Shown piece by piece: positions 47,981-60,903 of a stretch of 64,000 nucleotides of DNA. The notes beneath the pieces are model-generated. The model ran no database searches. It was not told where the DNA came from and saw only the letters and a program-made list of their open reading frames with translations. This DNA is from Macrostomum lignano (Eukaryota). The stretch lies in contig NIVC01001604.1 in assembly GCA_002269645.1 (NCBI GenBank), positions 197,442-261,441 of the forward strand, in the 5' to 3' direction. How positions within the stretch are numbered: position 1 is the first letter of the stretch; every line of letters begins with the position of its first letter. The translations under genes and the position numbers were made by a program.

Positions 47981-50900
47981 CTAAGCTGCATCTCTGTCCA
48001 GTTTCTCTTGCTTTGGTTCCGCACCGGCCGGGCCGCTGGCCCCCACAACGAGGCAGACGGCCCAGTGGTCCCGGGGCCGCACGGAGGCCGGCAGCTGCTT
48101 GTCGCAGTTCGGGCAGACCGACTCGTCCGGCTGCCTGGCGGCGAACAGGTCGCTGATGCGGGCCTGCTTGGCCGGGCTGGGGGCGGCCGCCGCTGCTCTG
48201 CAGCTCTTCCGCTTGCTGGCCGCCGCGGCATGAACTGGCGAGGGCGAAGGTGAAGGCGAAGCGGCCGCCGGAGCGAAAAAGCTTCGAATGGTTGGCGGTG
48301 CCGTGGTCGCCCGGCGCTTCATCCGCTCGTCTACCGGCGCCACAGCCTCCTCCTTCGCTGCACCGGCCGCCGCTGAAGCTGCCGTCGGTCCCGAGGCCAC
48401 CTCCGCCTGCTGGGCCAGCAGCCGCCGGCGCCCCAGCTCCGCCTCGGCGGCCCGCAGCAGCGCAGCGGGGAATCGGAGGCCAACAAACCGACGGCTGCCG
48501 CCAGCGGCGTCGGGGTCGGCTTCGCTATCGGCGTCGACGCGGGCTCGCAGGAACCGCAGGCGACGACGAGAGGCGGGCAGGCCTCGCAGGGCGGCCCAGT
48601 TGGCGGCCAGACAGGCCTCCAGCGCGGGCAGCAGCGGCAGCACGGAGCCGCAGAGCAGGGTGAGCCGCTCAGTCACTGTGCGCTGCGGAGTCCGCTGCTG
48701 GCTCTGGTGAGGCTGCTGATGCCGTAACCGCAGCCTCCTGGTGATCTCCAGGGTGACGGCGGTGACCTGGCGCGAGAGGAGGCCGGCCGGTAGGCAGCTC
48801 TGCTGAAACGCCTCGGCTGGCGGCGACACCAGCCGGATGGAGTCGGCGCGCAGCTCCGCCAGGCAGTCGTCGTCTGCTGTCGCCGATGCCGCCAGAGGGG
48901 AGCTGGGAGAAGCGGCGTCTGCGGGGCCTGCGGGAGGGGATTTGGGGATTCGAGTGCTGGCGAAGGGGGAGGGAGAGATACGCACTCGCATAGGGTGCAT
49001 GGCGGCCCTGACTTTCTATTCGTCTCAAAACTTTCATACTGGAAGAAATGGAATGGAAGAAATGGAGGAATTCAGACAGGATTTGAAGACAGATGGGATG
49101 GATGGGAAGATAGGGAGATGGATGAGAAGATAGGGAGATGGGTGGGAAGATAAGGGAGATGGATGGGAAGATAAGGGAGATGGGTGGGAAGATAAGGGAG
49201 ATGGATGGGAAGATAAGGGAGATGGGTGGGAAGAGTGCTGGTGGGAAGAGGGGAGATGGATGGGAAGATAGGGGAGATGGGTGGGAAGATAGGGAGATGG
49301 ATGAGAAGATAAGGGAGATGGGTGGGAAGATAGGGGAGATGGATGGGAAGATAAGGGAGATGGGTGGGAAGATAAGGGAGATGGGTGGGAAGATAGGGGA
49401 GATGGATGGGAAGACAGGGGAGATGGATGGAAAGATTGGGGAGACAAATGGGAAGATAGGGGAGATGGATGGGAAGATAGGTAAGATGGGAAGACAGGGA
49501 ATGGGAGCATGGGAGGGAATGGGAGCAGCTCACCAAAGCCGGGCGCGGGCTCGAGCCCGCAGGCGGCCAGAAAGTAGCGGAACAGACAGGCCTGCTCAGC
49601 CACCAGCAGCCCCAGCAGCCTGTTCAAGAAGCGATTCACCGAGCCCGTCTCGCCATCGCGGAGGCGACACTTGCCGCTGGGCTCGGCAAGGCGCTCGAAG
49701 ATGTCCATGTCCAGCAGACAGGCCTGCAGCCGCTGCGGGGCCAAGGCGGGAGCGGCATTTCAAATTAAAGTTAACAGAAAGTTGGGATTCTTCTCTGGCG
49801 ACTCTGAGCCATGACTCTCACCTGAGCCATGACTCTCACCTGAGCCATGACTCTCACCTGAGCCATGACTCTCACCAGAGCCATGACTCTCCTACTTGAG
49901 CCATGACTCTCCTACTTGAGCCATGACTCTCCCACCTGAGCCATGACTCTCACCAGAGCCATGACTCTCCTACTTGAGCCATGACTCTCCTACTTGAGCC
50001 ATGACTCTCCCACCTGAGCCATGACTCTCACCTTAGCCATGACTCTCACCTGAGCCATGACTCTCCCAACTCACAAGGTGCCTCTCCAACATGACTCCCC
50101 CTGTATGCTCACCCGCACGCCCTCCTGCTCAGTCGAGACCTCGCCGTCGAAGACCTCCGGCAGGCTGACGCCCCGCAGCAGGCGGCCGGCCGCAGTGTAC
50201 TGATACAGCCGGCGCAGGGCCGCCCTGCCGCGGCCGGTGTCACAGTTGAGGTGGCCGAGGTCGCCAACCAGGGCGGCCCGCCGGTCGGCCTTGGTCAGGG
50301 CGCCCAGAGTCTGCAGCCGCTTGGCAACACCGGAGCAGAAGCGGCGCTCGCCGGCCAGGTCCAGGCAGACCAGGCGGTAGACGGGGCCGCTGGACTGGCC
50401 TGAGCGGTGCGTGCGGCCCAGCTGCTGCACCTGAGTTGGGATTTGGGATGCTCAGGAATGACCGAGCGGTTGCAGATACAAATCCCATATTTATTATCCC
50501 AAATGTGACTGAGAAATACCAAAAAGGAACGACAATACATTACCATCCAAATGGGATATTTACAAATTTACCTAATGGGATGTTCACGCAGCTACCCAAT
50601 GGGATATTCACAAATCTACATGTACTTAATGGGATATTCACAAATCTACTTAATAGGATGTTCACAAAGCTACTCAATGGGATATTCACAAATCTACTTA
50701 ATGGGATATTCACAAATCTACTTAATGGGATGTTCACAAAGCTACCCAATGGGATATTCACAAATCTACTTAATGGGATGTTCACAAAGCTACCCAATGG
50801 GATATTCTCGAATCTACTTAATGGGATACTCACGAAGCTACCCAATGGGATATTCACACAGCTACCCAATGAGACTTTCACGAATCTATCCAATGGGATA

Positions 50901-53900
50901 TTCACAAAGCTACCCAATGGGATATTCACTAATCTATCCAATGGGATATTCACAAATCTATCCAATGGGATATTCTCATATCTACCCAATGGGATATTCA
51001 CTAATCTATCCAATGGGATATACACAAAATCCTGCATGCTTTCTAATAAGGATCGGCATTCAGACTGCAGTGCATCGGGCTTCACCGCTTTCTCGGCAGA
51101 CCAGGGCAGCTCGGCAGTCACGTGCACCCGCCGGCGGGTGTTGGCACAGCCGGGGTCGGCGTGCAGGCTGATGCCGGTGGAGGCCGCATCCGAGATGACG
51201 GCCGCCAGCTTCTGGCCCGCCATGAAGCGCTGCCGCTCGCTGGCGTTCACGCTCTGCGCATCGCCGCTCTCCGCGTAACGGCTCTCCAGGCGGAAGCCGC
51301 CGCGGCCCTCGCAGCGGATGATGCGGCTGCGCCGGCCTGCACAGGGCCAATCAGACACCAGGTGAGATCCCGATTCTCCCACAGGGCCAATCAGACACCA
51401 GGTGAGATCCCGATTCTCCCACAGGGCCAATCAGACACCAGGTGAGATCCCGATTCTCCCACAGGGCCAATCAGACACCAGGTGAGATCCCGATTCTCTC
51501 ACAGGGCCAATCAGACACCAGGTGAGATCCTGATTCTCCCACAGGGCCAATCAGACACCAGGTGAGATCCCGATTCTCTCACAGGGCCAATCAGACACCA
51601 GGTGAGATCCTGATTCTCCCACAGGGCCAATCAGACACCAGGTGAGATCCCGATTCTCCCACAGGGCCAATCAGACACCAGGTGAGATCCTGATTCTCTC
51701 ACAGGGCCAATCAGACACCAGGTGAGATCCCGATTCCCTCACAGGGCCAATCAGACACCAGGTGAGATCCCGATTCTCCCACAGGGCCAATCAGACACCA
51801 GGTGAGATCCCGATTCTCCCACAGGGCCAATCAGACACCAGGTGAGATCCTAATTGTCCCACAGAATCGCAGAGGACTAATTACATATGAAAACCCCAAG
51901 ATTCTACTACCTGTCATTTCTGCCACATCGTCAGGCCCCCCAAGGCCGTCAATGAGCAGGTCGAGTCCCCCGGCCGGCAGCTCGCAGGCCTCCAGCTCGT
52001 CCAGCAGGCGCTGTCTCTCGCCGCTGCTCCAGGTCTCGGGCTGGCCAGTCAGGGTGGACACGGCGGGGAAGTGCGACAGCAGGAACTGCCGGCACACGTG
52101 TCGACAAACCGACACGAAGCCGGAGGGCGACTGCAGATCGGCGGAGGCGTGCAGGCCGGCCTCTCCGGTGCTCTGCAGGCCCAGCACAGGGCAGAGGCCG
52201 ATGTCCAGGGCCCGCTTGGCCTCGGCCAGCACGGCGGGCACCCGCAGCGACAGGCAGAGCTGCAGGAAGAAGCGCTGGTGGGCGGACCAGTAGCTGCGCA
52301 GGTGCTGGCCTGGAGAGCGAACTCGGCACAGGGAGCAGGCGCGGAGCAGGCTGGAGTGAATCTGCAGGGGCGGGGGAGATTGAGTGACATTTTTAATGGA
52401 GTGGAGTGACATTAGGCGCAAGTGGAATAACATTTGACTCAATTGAAGCAATATTTTGTAAGGATTAATTGGCATTGGGCATCAGCGAAGTGACGCTGGG
52501 AATTAACGGCGTGAAAATTTTATTCGACAGAGTGATATTAGGCATCAGTGGAATGACATGGGGCATCAGTGGAATGACATGGGGCATCAGTGGAATGACA
52601 TGGGGCATCAGTGGAATGACATCAGTGGAATGACATGGGGCATCTGTGGAATGACATGGGGCATCAGTGGAATGACATGGGGCATCTGTGGAATGACATG
52701 GGGCATCAGTGGAATGACATGGGGCATCAGTGGAATGACATGGGGCATCTGTGGAATGACATGGGGCATCTGTGGAATGACATGGGGCATCAGTGGAATG
52801 ACATGGGGCATCAGTGGAATGACATGGGGCATCAGTGGAATGACATGGGGCATCAGTGGAATGACATGGGGCATCAGTGGAATGACATGGGGCATCTGTG
52901 GAATGACATGGGGCATCTGTGGAATGACATGGGGCATCTGTGGAATGACATGGGGCATCAGTGGAATGACATGGGCATCTGTGGAATGACATGGGGCATC
53001 TGTGGAATGACATTAAGCATCAGTGGAATGACATGGGGCATCAGTGGAATGACATTAGGCATCAGTGGAATGACATGAAGCATCAGTGGAATGACATTAG
53101 GCATCAGTGGAATGACATGAAGCATCAGTGGAATGACATGGGGCATCAGTGGAATGACATTAGGCATCTGTGGATGACATAGGGCATCAGTGGAATGACA
53201 TGGGGCATCAGTGGAATGACATGGGGCATCAGTGGAATGACATGGGGCATCAGTGGAATGACATGGGGCATCAGTGGAATGACATGGGGCATCAGTGGAA
53301 TGACATGGGGCATCAGTGGAATGACATGGGGCATCAGTGGAATGACATGGGGCATCTGTGGAATGACATGGGGCATCAGTGCAATGACATGGGGCATCAG
53401 TGGAATGACATGGGGCATCAGTGGAATGACATGGGGCATCAGTGGAATGACATGGGGCATCAGTGGAATGACATTAGACATCAGTGGAATGACATGAAGC
53501 ATCAGTGGAATGGCATAGGCATCAGTGGAATGACATGGGGCATCAGTGGAATGACATGGGGCATCAGTGGAATGACATGGGGCATCAGTGGAATGACATT
53601 AGACATCAGTGGAATGACATGAAGCATCAGTGGAATGGCATAGGCATCAGTGGAATGAGATTAGATATCAGTGGAATAAGATTAGGCATCAGTGGAATGA
53701 CATTCGGCATCAGTGGAATGACATTAGGCATCAGTGGAATGAGATTAGATATCAGTGGAATGAGATTAGATATCAGTAGAATGACATTAGACATCAGTGG
53801 AATGAGATTAGATATCAGTGGAATGAGATTAGATATCAGTAGAATGACATTAGGCATCAGTGGAATGAGATTAGATATCAGTGGAATGAGATTAGATATC

Positions 53901-56900
53901 AGTAGAATGACATTAGGCATCAGTGGAATGAGATTAGATATCAGTGGAATGAGATTAGACATCAGTAGAATGACATTAGGCATCAGTGGAATGAGATTAG
54001 ATATCAGTGGAATGAGATTAGACATCAGTAGAATGACATTAGGCATCAGTGGAATGAGATTAGATATCAGTGGAATGAGATTAGATATCAGTGGAATGAC
54101 ATTAGGCATCAGTGGAATGAGATTAGATATCAGTGGAATGAGATTAGATATCAGTAGAATGACATTAGACATCAGTGGAATGAGATTAGATATCAGTGGA
54201 ATGAGATTAGATATCAGTAGAATGACACTAGACATCAGTGGAATGAGATTAGATATCAGTGGAATGAGATTAGATATCAGTAGAATGACATTAGGCATCA
54301 GTGGAATGAGATTAGATATCAGTGGAATGAGATTAGATATCAGTAGAATGACATTAGGCATCAGTGGAATGAGATTAGATATCAGTGGAATGAGATTAGA
54401 TATCAGTAGAATGACATTAGACATTAGTAGAATGACATTAGGCATCAGTGGAATGAGATTAGATATCAGTGGAATGAGATTAGACATCAGTAGAATGACA
54501 CTAGACATCAATGAAATGATATAAGACATGACATGACACTGAGTCGGGCCCCGTCCCACCCCAGTGCTCACTCGTCGCCACAGAGCAGCCGCGGAGTCAT
54601 ACAGCGCAATGTCGCCGGCCGTGAGCGGCGCGTCCACAATGGCGAACTCGGCGTCCCGGAAGGACAGGCCGCGGGCCACGTACACGCCAGTGGCCTTCAG
54701 CTCGGCGGCCAGCATCTCCGCTGCAGCCAGGCCGCGGCGCTCCAACAGGCCGCGGAAATCCTGGAAGCTGGCGAAGGGGCGGCTGGGGCCCCATAGGCCA
54801 AGCCGGGTCATGTAGGCCAGGTTTTTCAGCTCCGATACACCTGTAGCGCTGCAGTACACCTGGGGTGTCGGCGAAGTTTGTGGGATTCCAGTGCCAGTTC
54901 AGGGAGATTTTCAGTGCCAGTTTAAGGAGATTTTCAGTGCCAGTTCAGGGAGATTTTCAGTGCCAGTTCAGGGAGATTCTCAGTGCCAGTTCAGGGAGAT
55001 GTTCAGTGCCAGTTCAAGGAGATTTTCAGTGCCAGTTCAAGGAGATTTTCAGTGCCAGTTCAGGGAGATTTTCAGTGCCAGTTCAAGGAGATTTTCAGTG
55101 CCAGTTCAGGGAGATTCTCAGTGCCAGTTCAAGGAGATTTTCAGTGCCAGTTCAGGGAGATTCTCAGTGCCAGTTCAAGGAGATTTTCAGTGCCAGTTCA
55201 GGGAGATTCTCAGTGCCAGTTCAAGGAGATTTTCAGTGCCAGTTCAAGGAGATTTTCAGTGCCAGTTCAAGGAGATTTTCAGTGCCAGTTCAGGGAGATT
55301 CTCAGTGCCAGTTCAAGGAGATTTTCAGTGCCAGTTCAGGGAGATTCTCAGTGCCAGTTCAAGGAGATTCTCAGTGCCAGTTCAAGGAGATTTTCAGTGC
55401 CAGTTCAGGGAGATTCTCAGTGCCAGTTCAAGGAGATTTTCAGTGCCAGTTCAGGGAGATTCTCAGTGCCAGTTCAAGGAATCCAGAAGCTCACTAACCA
55501 CTCGTGCCAGCGGCAGCCGCTGCTGCAGTTCAATGACAGCCGCAGCCACCTTGGAGTTGGCGGCCTCCTTGGCGTCCGGCAGGAAGTGCTTGGCGCGGTG
55601 GCACTCGTCCAGCACGAGGCAGCCGTCGAATTTGGCTGGCGCGGAGTCGCCGGCGCACCAGTCGATGAGCTGCTCAAGGCGGGTCTTGCGGCTGGCGCCG
55701 GAGCCGCCCGACACCAGACAGGCGTAGGTGTTGAACAGGACGCCCTCGCGGCAGTCCTTGGCCAGGCCGAACGCCGTGGCCGACCGGTCCAGCTGCCGGC
55801 AGCCGTCGATGACGTGGGCGTGGCAGCCGATGGCCAGCAGGTCCCGCCTGGCGTCCTGGGCGAGGTCTGGCGACACACTCAGCCACAGGTGGCGCGGCCG
55901 GCCCCGGGCCAGGCTGTCCAGGATGATCGCCGCGATCTGGCGGCCCTGCGGAGGCGGATCAGCCCGACTGACTGCGTTGATTGGCTTCAGAACTAATACT
56001 GGCTTCCCCTCCGAAGAACTCGAATCCCTTCATCCCATCTAGAGTCCCTTCATCCCATCTAGAGTCCCTTCATCCCATATAGAGTCCCTTCATCCCATAT
56101 AGAGTCCCTTCATCCCATCTAGAGTCCCTTCATCCTATCTAGAGTCCCTTCATCCCATCTAGAGTCCCTTCATCCCATCTAGAGTCCCTTCATCCCATCT
56201 AGAGTCCCTTCATCCCATCTAGAGTCCCTTCATCCCATCTAGAGTCCCTTCATCCCATCTAGAGTCCCTTCATCCCATCTAGAGTCCCGCCATGCAAACT
56301 AGAGTCCCGCCATGCAAACTAGAGTCCCGTCATGCAAACTAGAGTCCCGTCATGCAAACTAGAGTCCCGTCATGCAAACTAGAGTCCCGTCATGCAAACT
56401 AGAGTCCCGTCATGCAAACTAGAGTCCCGCAATCCAAACTAGAGTCCCGTCATCCCATCTAGAGTCCCGCAATCCAAACTAGAGTCCCGCCATCGTAAAA
56501 GTCGTAAAAGAGTCAGATTCAGATAGATTCAGACTCGTATAGGAGTCCACTGCCTGAATCTAAATCCCAATATCAAAACTCGAAAAAATAATCAAAAAAA
56601 CAAATCTCAGACTCCGACTCAAGCACGCCTCATTATGTTCAGCTTGATAAATTCTCCCACAGTTACCTTGCCGACTCCCGCGGCATCCCCGATGAAGAAG
56701 CCGGCCCGCTCGCCGCCGGGCAGCAGAGTCTGGTGGCGCTGGCAGGCGTACAGCACGCCCTGCAGCTGCAGGGAGCTCAGCCGGCCCTCGGTGACGGCCT
56801 CACTGGGCAGCGAGTCGGCCAGGGGGAACACAGCGGGCGGCAGGTCGACGGTTGCTAGGCAGTCTGACTCAACCACGTTGCCAGGATGAGGCTTGGCGCC

Positions 56901-56996
56901 TGGCAACAGCTCGATGTGGCGGAAACAGGAGTACACCTCTGCGGCACTGTTGAGCTCCTCATCATCATCTCCAGCCATGACAAGCAGATCATGCAT
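47981..56996 (-). CDS. Strawberry notch (SBNO)-like SF2 helicase-family protein with C-terminal PIP-like motifs and zinc finger
   Basis: Phase-consistent exons about 56996-56667 (start codon uncertain), 55945-55499, 54859-54572, 52361-51911, 51336-51086, 50430-50113, 49732-49534, 48927-47981; about 1076 aa. SBNO signatures HPGNVVE, LSSLQLQGVLYACQRH, GFFIGDAAGVGKGRQ (Walker A), LVLDECHRAK (DExH), YCSATG, LAYMTRLGLWG, LGLQSTGE, GGPDDVAEMTGR, AASTGISLHAD, ELPWSAEKAVQQLGRTHRS, ERRFCSGVAKRLQTLGALT, RFLNRLLGL. Confidence 0.93.
49095..49500. repeat. ~21-bp purine-rich intronic minisatellite
   Basis: GGAGATGGGTGGGAAGATAAG variants. Confidence 0.9.
49805..50065. repeat. 18-bp intronic minisatellite
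   Basis: GAGCCATGACTCTCACCT variants. Confidence 0.93.
50545..51025. repeat. 24-bp intronic minisatellite
   Basis: AATGGGATATTCACAAATCTACTT variants. Confidence 0.93.
51340..51865. repeat. 40-bp intronic minisatellite abutting an acceptor
   Basis: ACAGGGCCAATCAGACACCAGGTGAGATCCCGATTCTCCC, about 13 copies. Confidence 0.96.
52540..54530. repeat. 21-bp intronic minisatellite with higher-order structure
   Basis: GGCATCAGTGGAATGACATGG grading into GATATCAGTGGAATGAGATTA units. Confidence 0.97.
54888..55480. repeat. 23-bp intronic minisatellite
   Basis: CAGTGCCAGTTCAAGGAGATTTT variants. Confidence 0.96.
56025..56490. repeat. 20-bp intronic minisatellite
   Basis: AGAGTCCCTTCATCCCATCT block followed by AGAGTCCCGTCATGCAAACT block. 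Confidence 0.95.
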
Positions 56997-58167
56997 TGCA
57001 TTTGGCACAGCGGAGAAAATTACAAATTAGCTCAACGTCAGGCAGTAGACTAAGACCTAAAAAGCTGTTGTGTCTTAGAAGCAAGCATTTTGTGCATGCT
57101 TGCTTCCTACAGCTCTAACCTTAATCATTGTTACTGTATGCATTGCTTTACCATACTTTTGCTATTCCTTATTTTGTTTTTATATTTTGCTTGATGTACT
57201 TCATATTTGTACAAACAATGTTAATAATAAATTCAACACTTCAACTTGCTTTCTAGTTTGAATTAAAGTAAGAAAATCCTAGGAATAAATAGAAGAGATT
57301 TACTAAGAAAGGAAGTTAGGAGTCTATGCAAAGAAATATGAAAAGTAATGTGGTGACCTTCTAATCTAGGACTAGGTCATGCCAAGGACTGGAAATAGTA
57401 CACGTACCAGTAAAACTACTTAGGGCAGAATACATTTATAATGCTACTAGAAATGTATTAAAACTAAAAACTAGGAAGTTAAACTATATTCTAGAAATAA
57501 TTCTTAGAAATTACTATATAACTACTATTGAATTCTAAAACAACTTTGGTGATAGCAGTGAAATCATTATAAGAGTAAATCACTTTATCCTGGAACTTGG
57601 TGAGATCAATAGGAGAATTTAGAAAGAACAAACAGCTTCCTTCGATTACATGAGTTACCAAACATCCTACCTAGGAAAGGAAAGAAAAAACAAGCATATT
57701 GGACATGGGGTTTGAGAGACCCAAAGATGAAATATGAGCATAGTAGGCCCAGAAAGTCTAATGCATCATATTTACAGTTTGGGGATATGAAAATAGGTAG
57801 GGCCTTTACAAGTACACCATTTTATCTCCTATTTTAACAATGTCTTGTTCAAAATAAACAAGCAAAACTTCAATTCAAACAAACTCCCTTTCTATTGAAA
57901 CAGATAAAATTCAATTCAAACCCTTTGGCCAAAATTGTCCTTGGCTGAAGTGATGCATACATGCAGCTTTGAAATTCAAAAGAAACAAGGTTATATTCTA
58001 TTTGGATAAAGAGATAAAACACAACATATCAATATCATGTTATAAGAGATTTATAAAAAAACAACGTACAAGTGCATGGCAGGAACAGTTGGTCAACTTG
58101 AGGCCTTGATCCACCTACCTAACCCTCAATTGCTTGTCAACCAAGGCAGCAAAGGATGTATATAAAC

Positions 58168-58235
58168 CAGCAGTCTTCAAACTTTAGCCCACAGGCCAAA
58201 TCTGGCCTGCAACACCTTCAAGTCTGGCCTGCAAC
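58168..58235. mobile_element. Decayed hAT (Charlie-type) terminal sequence
   Basis: CAGCAGTCTTCAAACTTTAGCCCACAGGCCAAATCTGGCCTGCA resembles the remembered Charlie/MER30-type end CAG..TCAAACT..GGCCCGCGGGCC..ATCCGGCCCG with CpGs converted to TG/CA. Confidence 0.5.
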
Positions 58236-60903
58236 ATTCTTACTATCTAACAATGTAAAAGTAGTTTATAAAATCAATTTCATGTTGAAACATTCAATTT
58301 TACCCCTGCTCCTAAATCTTATATATATGCTAGAAATTTTTAATATACAAATATAAAAATGGTTAGGGTAAAGTATCCAGTGTATAGAACAATCTGCTAG
58401 AAAATTGTGCCACAGAGCCAGCATATGACATAGCTATTGGCATATGAAAGATCAAAATGTTGTAATGAAAGAAAGGGTTCTATAGTCCTATATTGTTGCA
58501 ATACAAAAAGGTCCTTTATTGTTACAATGAATTTTTTATAATATCTGATATATATATATATATCGTGAGTAATTTTTTTCTAGTATAAACTTAAATTTAT
58601 GGTGTAAGGGACCAGTTTTTTCAGCAAACCCTAGAATAGATTTGAGAATGTGGAACTTACAAGAAAGTTAGCTTTTATCCTATAATTACTTTATCAGTTT
58701 TAACTATACGGTTGTTGGTTATATTTGGTCTAAAATTGTTGTACATTTTTTCTGGCCTACACTGAAAAAAGTTTGCTAACCCTTGATGTAAAAGCATAGT
58801 TGAACCACTTGGTGCTCTTGTCTGCAAAGATGCAGCCAATAACTCTATTATTTACCATACTATACAGGATGTATTGCCAAATGCTCTATATTTTTTTGCT
58901 ATCCCTAACCTAAAAAATGTGTACACTATTGATCCCTTGACTCCAAGTTGGTATACCAATTCTATAAAGTTATCTCTACAATTAGCAGCTTTGATAAAAT
59001 AGTTTATATTTGCTACAACTTTATCAATTCTATTCTTTTCTACTTCTAGCAATTCATTATCTTCTTTAACCTGATGTTTTCAACATTCATACATGTCAAT
59101 TTTAGTGTACAACAATTATATAATTATGCAGTACAGTGAAAACAAAAGAATATATTAACTTATAAAAATAAATTTATTTGTGAAAATCCTAGAAGAAAAA
59201 ATAAATTTGTTTTTTATGAATTTCCAAACTGCATGTACATGCAGTACTCAAGAGCAATTTTGGCTAGGCCTAGACAGTCTAAATTGAATTTCTAAAAGTG
59301 CTAGGTTTTCTTTAGGTGTTTTAAATTTAAGTTCTGCTTGTTTATTTTGAACAAGACTTTGTTCAAAATCGGAGGTAAAATGGTATATAGGCCTAGTAAC
59401 ACTTATTAATATCAATATCAATGTTTTCATTTTTTGTTATAAATAGACCTAAATATAGAATCAATAATTGACCTTAGACTAAGGCTTAGTTAAAAATATT
59501 CTAAATTTATATACTCTATATCACACATTCAAAATCAAACCACTTTCCATTTTTTATTTTGTTATCTATTTGTCAAATCAATCAAAGACAAAGATTTTTA
59601 TAGTATACCCTTTAGGTTTGCTTCTTTATCTTTTTACTAGGGGCCTACTACTAATTTGATTTTTTCACTAATATTTTTGGGCAATATTTAATGCTTTATG
59701 CTATCTAGGCAATTAATTCAATATTTGTTACTGAAATTAGCAACTAAATTTTTTAAACTGTTTGATCAACATTTATTTATGTAATTTATTATATAGGGCT
59801 CCTAATGCCTAAACTAAGTAAAATGAAATCTCAGGCTCAATAAAACTAAACGCTTAGACTAAAAAGAAGGAAATAAAATAACCACTACAATAGTGGGAAG
59901 AAAGTAAGTATTGGTCCGACGTCGAGGAAGAGATTATTGGGTCATCCTTCAGGAGTATCAGAAGAGTTACATTACTTAAATAATTAGCACGTCGATTGTT
60001 ATTTAAACTTGTGAGCCATCTGGTTATAGCATATAACAAATTTTCTGCTACTAAACCAAGTTCATTTGGGTACCTTTGTACTGCACGATACCTTTCAAAC
60101 ATATCTAGAAATTCTTAAAAAGAGTAGCTTTATAATAATTTTAACTGTGGCCTAGTTGTCACAGGTAAATAATCGCTCTGAGCTGCCGTCTTCCGCTGGG
60201 CGCAGCTGTTGCCGCTCTCTGTTCCCCCTGTCTCTCTGCGCTCTTGCATTGTTTGCAGCGGCTGGGCAGCTTGACCTAGCCTGCTCTTGGTTAGCTCTCT
60301 GTGTAGCGGTCACTATAGTGGGTTCACTGATGGGCCGCTTTCCCCTTGTCATATGAGCACATGACGAGCTGTTTACTCGAAGTCCGAAGTGCAGTGAATA
60401 ACTCACTGTGCAAGTCGTGTTTATCGCGGAAATCACGTGCGCCAAGACCCTTGCCTGCTCTGAGGCAAACCCAAGCGTCAGAAATTGCTAATTTTAGCAA
60501 CAGCGTCATATGCAATCTGACGAAATCGGGTCTCCGCGTACATGTACATGTACATATAATGATGCAATATAGTTTCCTGCCTATAAATACGAACCATCTC
60601 AAGCATTGTTTCCGTCAAGGATTTCTTTAATAGCTCTGTTCATTCTTCAGTAAACACAGTTTCTCCAGTTCTGCGTCGCCCAATTTCTCCCATTGTCGAT
60701 CCTGACTCTCAGTGCTCAACTTAAACCCAGACCTCTGCTGGGTCTGCTCTGAGCGACAACACCGTTCTCCTAGCCGACCCACTGAGCCCGATAGGATCTG
60801 CTGATTATTAGTCTAAAATCGCAAATCTGCTTGAAGTGCTGTGTTCGCTCATCCCTTTGTTATTTCGTTCCGTCGGGATCCTCACCTCACCGAAGGCTGA
60901 GAC

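Noticed and set aside
52465-55497. Repeat ORFs (MGHQWND, PVQGDFQC and similar)
   Set aside because: Intronic arrays within the SBNO-like gene.
60156-60356. 66-aa hydrophobic ORF
   Set aside because: No recognisable domain, partner exons or codon bias.
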